Origin: an uncultured cyanobacterium
GTDB lineage: Bacteria; Cyanobacteriota; Cyanobacteriia; Cyanobacteriales; Nostocaceae
Length of the DNA: 64,000 bases
Assembly: GCA_963740315.1 (NCBI GenBank)
Contig: CAVUDP010000004.1
Location: forward strand, 960,001-1,024,000
Direction: 5' to 3'
The translations under genes and the position numbers were made by a program. The notes under the pieces are model-generated. The model was not told the DNA's origin. It did not search any database and was given only the letters and a program-made list of their open reading frames with translations. Shown here piece by piece: positions 62,779 to 64,000 of the stretch (position 1 is its first letter; each line of letters opens with the position of its first letter).

Positions 62779-63936
62779 ATGACGGAAAGCTCGAACAACG
62801 AACGTCTCCGCCGTTGGCGACTCATCCTTGGTAGTAAGAAAGCCGATGGTACTGGCTGCAAATTAACTGGTGCTGATGCCAAAATCGATAAATCTTTGGA
62901 TGCGCTGTATGATTCAGAACGCTCTGGTGGCTTGGGTAGTTCGTCGCCAAAAGTTGCTCGATGGCTGGGTGATATCCGCAATTATTTCCCTTCATCGGTG
63001 GTAAAAGTGATGCAGCAAGACGCACTCGATCGCCTCAATTTGCGTCAAATGTTACTTCAACCAGAAATGCTATCGGCAGTGGAACCCGACGTACATTTGG
63101 TTGCAGATTTGCTGTCTTTGAGCAGTATTATGCCGGAAAAAACCAAAGATACCGCTCGTCAAGTTGTGCGTCGCGTTGTGGAAGAATTGCAGCGCAAACT
63201 GACAAACCCTACCCAACAAGCCGTGATGGGCAGCCTCAACCGCGCTATCCGCAACCGTCGCCCTCGACACAACGAAATCGATTGGAACCGCACCATCCGC
63301 GCTAACTTGAAACATTATCAACCCGAATACCGCACAATTATTCCTGAAATTCGCATCGGCTACGGACGCAAACGCAATAATTTACGCAATATTATACTTT
63401 GCATAGACCAAAGCGGTTCGATGGCAACTTCTGTAGTTTATGCCGGAATATTTGGAGCAGTTTTAGCATCTTTAGCAGCCATCCAAACCCGGATAGTTGT
63501 CTTCGATACCGCAGTCGCAGATTTAACCGATGAAGCTCAAGATCCAGTAGAATTACTGTTTGGCACTCAACTCGGTGGCGGTACAGATATCAATCAAGCC
63601 TTAGCTTATTGTCAAAGCTTTATTCAAAAACCACAAGATACCATTTTGGTATTGATTAGCGACTTGTACGAAGGAGGCGATCGCCTTTCAATGTTAAAGC
63701 GTGTTGCAGCAATAGTCAATTCTGGGGTGCAGCTAGTAACTTTACTCGCGTTGAATGACGAAGGCGCACCGATGTACGACCATAGAATAGCAGAAGAATT
63801 TGCTAAAATGGGTAGTCCGGCTTTTGCTTGCAGCCCCGATAAATTTCCCGATTTAATGGCAGCAGCGATTCAGAAACAGGATATTGCTCAATGGGCGGCA
63901 GCGAATGATATTGTTACCAAGGGGCATGGGGGATAG
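62779..63936 (+). CDS. vWA (CoxE-like/YehP-like) domain protein
   Basis: ERLRRWRLILG, MIDAS DQSGSM, LGGGTDI, LISDLYEGG. Confidence 0.88.
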   Translation: MTESSNNERLRRWRLILGSKKADGTGCKLTGADAKIDKSLDALYDSERSGGLGSSSPKVARWLGDIRNYFPSSVVKVMQQDALDRLNLRQMLLQPEMLSAVEPDVHLVADLLSLSSIMPEKTKDTARQVVRRVVEELQRKLTNPTQQAVMGSLNRAIRNRRPRHNEIDWNRTIRANLKHYQPEYRTIIPEIRIGYGRKRNNLRNIILCIDQSGSMATSVVYAGIFGAVLASLAAIQTRIVVFDTAVADLTDEAQDPVELLFGTQLGGGTDINQALAYCQSFIQKPQDTILVLISDLYEGGDRLSMLKRVAAIVNSGVQLVTLLALNDEGAPMYDHRIAEEFAKMGSPAFACSPDKFPDLMAAAIQKQDIAQWAAANDIVTKGHGG

Positions 63937-64000
63937 AAAGTTAGGAGTTAGGACCACCGGAGTTAGGAATGAGGAGTTAAAGAATTTCGGATTATGGATT

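Noticed and set aside
1..64000. tRNA, rRNA or prophage genes
   Set aside because: None recognised by eye; a covariance-model search would be needed to exclude small RNAs

Overview
Chromosomal window from a filamentous, very probably heterocyst-forming cyanobacterium. This is inferred from frequent HIP1 octamers (GCGATCGC), heptamer STRR tracts, the fraCDE septal-junction operon and a cnfR/patB-coxBAC cluster. Housekeeping and accessory genes include fraCDE, cobO, ffh, pepP, two M16 peptidases, a divergent ndhH, hisG, a RelE/ParE toxin-antitoxin pair and cydAB. The main result is that cytochrome c oxidase subunit I (coxA of the cnfR-linked, cox2-type operon) is split at its CuB-ligand motif WVHHMF by a 1,782-bp element. 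The element is bounded by a perfect 14-bp direct repeat (AACATATGATGAAC at 47689-47702 and 49471-49484) and carries only an XisA/XisC-like tyrosine recombinase. Excision would restore an uninterrupted 553-aa CoxA, which points to a programmed DNA rearrangement. Repeated ATTCCTTAAA motifs near both element ends are candidate recombinase arm sites. Also notable: an uncharacterised dynamin-like GTPase plus Hsp70/actin-fold ATPase pair, a RAYT transposase with its GTAG-REPs and an amplified 25-bp half-REP array, several other GTAG-REP families, a lysozyme-like RTX protein, a 35-aa membrane sORF, and several pseudogene remnants. All family assignments come from motif recognition by eye; no database search was run.
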